A stretch of 36,792 nt of DNA from Terriglobia bacterium (GTDB lineage Bacteria; Acidobacteriota; Terriglobia; Terriglobales; Acidobacteriaceae), in assembly GCA_041498365.1 (NCBI GenBank), contig JBGQIG010000001.1, positions 1 to 36,792 of the forward strand, read 5' to 3'. Positions 32,928-36,792 of this stretch are shown here, piece after piece; within the stretch, counting starts at the first letter, position 1; every line of letters starts with the position of its first letter. The position numbers and the translations under genes are program-made. The notes under the pieces were generated by a model that was not told the origin of the DNA, did no database searches, and was given only the letters and a program-made list of their open reading frames with translations.

Positions 32928-33254
32928 CTAGTCCAAATCGAAATCCCGGATCGGCTTCCCCGTATCAGGAGACTCTTTGGCTTTCTTGACCGCTTCCTGG
33001 AATTTCTTTTCCAGCAGGTCGGAGGCATGTTTTTGAGCCTCCACCGACTGCCGGAAGATGGAATCGCGCCGGCTGTCCTGTTCCTTCATGGCACGAGCAG
33101 CTTCTTCGATATCGGCAAACATCTTTGGCTTGAATGCGGCGGTGTGGGCGATAACACCTTTGATTTCAGCGTCCACCTTGAGGACCGCATTGCAGCATGG
33201 GCAGGTGACCTCGAACGGGGGGACGTTCTTCGCCATCATCGAATCATACCCCAA
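32928..33254 (-). CDS. Hypothetical protein with N-terminal CxxC zinc-ribbon-like motif and charged helical tail
   Basis: 108-aa ORF. It has FEVTCPCCNAVLKV, then a Lys/Glu-rich helical region. It lies 6 nt downstream of the preceding membrane-protein ORF on the same strand. Confidence 0.6.
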   Translation of the reverse strand: MGYDSMMAKNVPPFEVTCPCCNAVLKVDAEIKGVIAHTAAFKPKMFADIEEAARAMKEQDSRRDSIFRQSVEAQKHASDLLEKKFQEAVKKAKESPDTGKPIRDFDLD

Positions 33255-33260
33255 AAACTG

Positions 33261-33593
33261 CTAGTCATGACGCTGGAGCTTGATGGGGAAGATCTTGAAC
33301 AGATTGAGCATCTCCCAGCCCAGAAGCACAATCGAGACCAGGACCACCATGATGGCGATGGTTTCTCCGAAGCTCAGGCGGGAGCGTGAGGTTTCAAAGC
33401 GCCTGGCGACCAGTCCCAGAATATTAAGTGTGGCGAAACCGAACACCAGTGCCCACAAAATGCTATAGATGTCGCCCTTCTTATCTGAATCCCCGAAGAA
33501 CACCATGGCCTGGACTTGGTATCGGAAGGCGGAATCCAGCCACGTGGCGGGTATGGGGAGGGATGTCAGCAGCGAGGTGAGGGACAGGGGCAT
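33261..33593 (-). CDS. Hypothetical small membrane protein (2-3 TM)
   Basis: The 110-aa ORF has hydrophobic segments IYSILWALVFGFATLNILGLV and IAIMVVLVSIVLLGW. I recognise no family. Confidence 0.55.
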   Translation of the reverse strand: MPLSLTSLLTSLPIPATWLDSAFRYQVQAMVFFGDSDKKGDIYSILWALVFGFATLNILGLVARRFETSRSRLSFGETIAIMVVLVSIVLLGWEMLNLFKIFPIKLQRHD

Positions 33594-33780
33594 AGGTGCG
33601 GTGTCTGGGCGTCAGAAGAACACAACGTCACGGATTGCCAAAGGCAAAGATATTACCCTTTTCCGGTCGTCAAGTCAGCCGAATGGGCGAGATTCGCCGC
33701 CAAGGGCACCAAGGAACACACCGACTCTATTCAGCAGCGACGAAGTCCCGATCCTATCGCTGCGATAAAATGTCGCCGGT

Positions 33781-36144
33781 ATGAAGAGATACCTGGTTTG
33801 GTTCTGCCTGTTGATTCCGAGCGTGGCGCTGGCCGCAAGCGCACAAGCCGCTCAAGGAAATCTTGATGCCAGGGCTCAAGCCGCTCTCTCAGTGGTGCGC
33901 GGCAGGATCAAGTTAGCGGGCCTCCAGCAACCGGTAAACGTGCTACGTGACCGTTGGGGCGTACCCCACATCTATGCTCAGAACCAGCATGACTTGTTCT
34001 TCGCTCAGGGGTTTGTGGCCGCCCAGGATCGCCTCTTCCAAATGGAGCTATGGAAGCGATCAGGCCAAGGCCGGCTCGCGGAGATTCTGGGTCCATCAGC
34101 CTTGCTGCGCGACGTCAATGCACGGCTGCTAAGTTATCGCGGCGACATGAAGGCCGAATATGAAAGCTACTCACCGGACACCGGGGAGATTCTCGAATCC
34201 TTCACCGCGGGAATCAACGCGTATATCGCAAGCCGGCTGGCGGCAGCAGGGCAGGGCCTGCCAATAGAGTTTCAACTGGCAGGGTTCAAACCGGAGTTTT
34301 GGAAGCCGGCGGATTGCCTGAACCGCATGGCGGCATTCTCGATGACTGGCAACGCATTCGGCGAAATGGAGCATGCTCTGGCGGTAAACGCGGTCGGCGC
34401 GGATTCAGCCTCGCTGCTTTTCGATTTTGATCCGCCCGTGAAGTTAGATCCCGCACCGGGCACGGACTTGTCTGGATTCTCTCCCGCTTTGCTGCAGAAT
34501 CTGGTCGGGAGCGATTCGCGGATCGAATTTCCCAAGCCTCCCGCCGAGGGTAGCAATAGCTGGACCGTCTCTGGCAAGCTCACCCGTACCGGCAAGCCGC
34601 TGCTGGCCAACGATCCGCACCGCGTCATCGCCCAGCCTTCTCTGCGCTACATGGTCCACCTGGTAGCGCCGGGATGGGACGTGATCGGCGCAGGGGAGCC
34701 GGGGCTGCCCGGCGTTGCCCTGGGACACAATCAAAACATCGCCTGGGGTTTTACCATTTTTGGCCTGGACCAACAGGACTTATACGTAGAAGAACTGAAC
34801 CCGTCCGATCCCTCGCAGTACAAAACCGCACAGGGTTGGGAGAGCATGCAGGTGCGGAAGGAGACGTTCGGGATTCGCGGCGGCCCGAGTGTGCAGGTAG
34901 ATTTGAAGTTCACGCGCCACGGCCCAGTCCTGTGGGAAGACGGCAAGCGTGCTCTGGCCTTACGCTGGGTCGGCGCGGAACCTGGGACCGCAGGCTATCT
35001 CGGTTCGCTGGCCGTGGACCGGGCGCAGAACTGGCAGGAATTCGAGACGGCGATGCCCCGCTGGAAAGTTCCTTCCGAAAACATCGTTTACGCTGACCGC
35101 GCGGGTAACATCGGCGAGCACTCCACCGGCCTCGCCCCTGTCCGCAAAAACTGGACCGGACTGCTGCCGGTGCCGGGCATCGTAGGCTATGAGTGGTCCG
35201 GGTTTGTGGCCAATGCCGAGCTGCCGCATCAATACAATCCCGCTGCCGGGTTTGTGGCAACGGCGAATCACAAGATGATTCCTGAAGGATATCCGTACAA
35301 AGTGGGTTATATGTGGGCGCCGCCTTATCGATTTCAGCGCATCAGGCAGGTGTTGCAGCAAGCACGGACGGGGAAGAAATTGGATGTGGAAGCTATGCAG
35401 CGTCTGCAGTCCGATGTGCTCTCGTTGCCGGCGCAGGAACTGATCGCATTGTTGCGCGCGGCCGTGCCGCGCCAGAAATCCACCGCCGCTTCGCGGCTCC
35501 TCTTGCCATGGAATTGCGAGATTGAGCGCGACTCGGCGGCGGCTGCGCTCTACGAAGTCTGGCTGCAGATCGTAACCCGGGAGACGATGAACCTGGCGGT
35601 GCCATCCGCGGCAAGGACGATGATTGAAGATTGGTCTCCCCATCAGGTACTGGACTTTCTCGAAGGTATCAACCATCAAGGTATCGACACGCTGGTTGTG
35701 ACGCGAGATGTCATGCTGCGAAAAAGCCTCGAGGAAGCCTGGAGCGCGATGGAAAGACTCCAGGGGCCAGACCCGGCAAAGTGGTCGTGGGGGCGGCTGC
35801 ATCTAGTCCGCTTGCGTCATCCCGTGAATCAAACACCGAACGCAGCAAGCGTCACTGATCTGGGACCCGTGCCACGTCCCGGGGATGAATACACGGTCAA
35901 TGCCACCGGATATTCCGGCAGCTCGTTCGATCAGGTCTCCGGCGCGAGTTATCGCGAAATTCTCGATCTCAGCGACTGGGACCACTCGGTCGCGGTGAAT
36001 GCGCCCGGGCAGAGCGGGCAGCCAGGCAGTCCCCATTATTCGGATTTGTTAGCACCGTGGAGCGAAGGAAAATACTTCCCTCTGGTTTATTCGCGGGAAG
36101 CAGTCGAGAAGGAGACGATGGATAGGATGACGCTGGAGCCGTAG
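33781..36144 (+). CDS. Penicillin acylase family Ntn-hydrolase (penicillin amidase / possible acyl-homoserine-lactone acylase)
   Basis: Signal peptide MKRYLVWFCLLIPSVALAASAQA. The alpha-subunit has RDRWGVPHIYA and FAQGFVAAQDRLFQME. The autoprocessing site is G-SNSW (EGSNSWTVSG) followed by LLANDPH. The 787-aa size is typical. Confidence 0.9.
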   Translation: MKRYLVWFCLLIPSVALAASAQAAQGNLDARAQAALSVVRGRIKLAGLQQPVNVLRDRWGVPHIYAQNQHDLFFAQGFVAAQDRLFQMELWKRSGQGRLAEILGPSALLRDVNARLLSYRGDMKAEYESYSPDTGEILESFTAGINAYIASRLAAAGQGLPIEFQLAGFKPEFWKPADCLNRMAAFSMTGNAFGEMEHALAVNAVGADSASLLFDFDPPVKLDPAPGTDLSGFSPALLQNLVGSDSRIEFPKPPAEGSNSWTVSGKLTRTGKPLLANDPHRVIAQPSLRYMVHLVAPGWDVIGAGEPGLPGVALGHNQNIAWGFTIFGLDQQDLYVEELNPSDPSQYKTAQGWESMQVRKETFGIRGGPSVQVDLKFTRHGPVLWEDGKRALALRWVGAEPGTAGYLGSLAVDRAQNWQEFETAMPRWKVPSENIVYADRAGNIGEHSTGLAPVRKNWTGLLPVPGIVGYEWSGFVANAELPHQYNPAAGFVATANHKMIPEGYPYKVGYMWAPPYRFQRIRQVLQQARTGKKLDVEAMQRLQSDVLSLPAQELIALLRAAVPRQKSTAASRLLLPWNCEIERDSAAAALYEVWLQIVTRETMNLAVPSAARTMIEDWSPHQVLDFLEGINHQGIDTLVVTRDVMLRKSLEEAWSAMERLQGPDPAKWSWGRLHLVRLRHPVNQTPNAASVTDLGPVPRPGDEYTVNATGYSGSSFDQVSGASYREILDLSDWDHSVAVNAPGQSGQPGSPHYSDLLAPWSEGKYFPLVYSREAVEKETMDRMTLEP

Positions 36145-36210
36145 AAAAGTTTCTAGTTCAGAATTCCTGGTTTCTAGTTCCGCGCACACCAATTCGCCTC
36201 GATCCTCGCA

Positions 36211-36426
36211 CCTGTCATCCTGAGCGGAGTGTCTGCTTCGCTTCGCGAAGCAGACGCGAAGTCGAAGGACCCCTACCGTCTGAAACCCTGCCGGCATCCA
36301 TACAGTCTTTCTATCACACGCTCACAGCACAAACCCCGACGTGGGCACACCGTTGCAAGGCAGGGGTCCTTCGACTCCGCAGGCCCATTCGCGAGCGAAT
36401 GATCCCGCGGCGCTCAGGATGACAGG
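36211..36426. repeat. 216-bp long imperfect palindrome / MITE-like element, GTCATCCTGAG family
   Basis: The outer 16-bp inverted repeat is perfect: CCTGTCATCCTGAGCG (36211-36226) with CGCTCAGGATGACAGG (36411-36426). A second-tier 15-bp inverted repeat is also perfect: AGTCGAAGGACCCCT (36260-36274) with 36362-36376. There is an internal 10-bp hairpin GTCTGCTTCG-CTTCG-CGAAGCAGAC (36231-36255). The right arm overlaps the stop of the bshC-like gene. Confidence 0.85.
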
Positions 36427-36792
36427 GAAACTATCTGGTGATCCAGGCAGTCGGTCCGAAGTGTGTCATACAGATTCCGCAGAAGTTCGGTGCCAAGGCG
36501 TGACACAAAGTACACCCCGCCGATCTCGCGTTCCTGCAAGACCCTGTTGGGATACAGCGCATTGCTGAGGACTTCGGCGTGACGTCCCAAAGTTTCGCTC
36601 TGGCGCAGCTCGGCGCGCGCCGCACGCGAACGCAGTTGCTCAAGCTGATGCTGCATCTTGGATCCGGCGTTGTCGGCTGCCTCCACTAACGTCTTATCCA
36701 GGCGTTGCAGAGACTGTTGAATCGAGGCCAGAGACTGCTTCAACGACGATGCTGCCTGATCGAAAGCGAGTTGCAAGTCTGGCGGCAGAGTA
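36414..36792 (-). CDS. bshC: C-terminal ~125 aa of a BshC-like (bacillithiol biosynthesis cysteine-adding enzyme) protein; 5' end outside window
   Basis: The frame is open from the window edge to TGA (36414-36416, minus strand). A coiled-coil segment is followed by LYPNRVLQEREIGGVYFVSRLGTELL, which matches my memory of the conserved BshC C-terminus (L-F/Y-P-N-x-x-L-Q-E-R ... Y ... G). Not verified by search. Confidence 0.55.
   Translation of the reverse strand, partial: TLPPDLQLAFDQAASSLKQSLASIQQSLQRLDKTLVEAADNAGSKMQHQLEQLRSRAARAELRQSETLGRHAEVLSNALYPNRVLQEREIGGVYFVSRLGTELLRNLYDTLRTDCLDHQIVSLSS

Noticed and set aside
33781-36144. Penicillin-acylase-family gene as part of a quorum-quenching or beta-lactam resistance island
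   Set aside because: It is a single gene with its own signal peptide, flanked by unrelated housekeeping genes and a repeat element. There are no luxI/luxR, siderophore (pvd-like) or resistance genes nearby, so nothing beyond the family call is supported.

Overview
This is a high-GC (roughly 58-60% by eye) bacterial chromosomal segment. Gene content and the intergenic palindromic repeats remind me of Acidobacteriota, but that is recollection, not a search. I call 33 protein-coding genes, two of them truncated by the window edges, and most are housekeeping. They cover glycolysis (gpmI, eno), glycogen metabolism (GH57 enzyme divergent from glgB) and the cell envelope (a single-polypeptide LptF/LptG fusion, an MsbA-like ABC exporter, and a Cpx-like response regulator/histidine kinase pair divergent from a CpxP/Spy-like LTXXQ protein). 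They also cover glycerol phosphate metabolism (glpD convergent with a GDPD phosphodiesterase) and a tightly packed mazG-GNAT-OSBS/NSAR operon. The rest are a bactofilin, two class I methyltransferases, an FAD oxidoreductase, a dienelactone hydrolase, a beta-propeller lipoprotein, a penicillin-acylase-family Ntn hydrolase, a partial GH42 beta-galactosidase (left edge) and a partial bshC-like gene (right edge). I found no rRNA, tRNA, CRISPR array, transposase, integrase, prophage or recognisable defence system, and I do not see a convincing novel multi-gene system. The points most worth a second look are these. (1) A peroxiredoxin-like gene has an in-frame TGA exactly at the first Cys of its CxxC site (W-U-P-N-C), so it is a candidate selenoprotein that the ORF track splits. 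(2) The window is unusually dense in several unrelated palindromic/MITE-like repeat families (12 or more copies). One copy has a perfect 30-bp inverted repeat sitting in frame inside the GNAT gene. One has an 8-bp target-site duplication. Two loci have hairpin elements in tandem, each followed by a duplicated copy of the neighbouring gene terminus. One copy supplies the stop codon of the bshC-like gene. (3) CpxR-consensus-like direct repeats lie in the divergent Cpx-like promoter. All coordinates were derived by hand from the printed sequence. All family assignments rest on motif recognition, not database searches.
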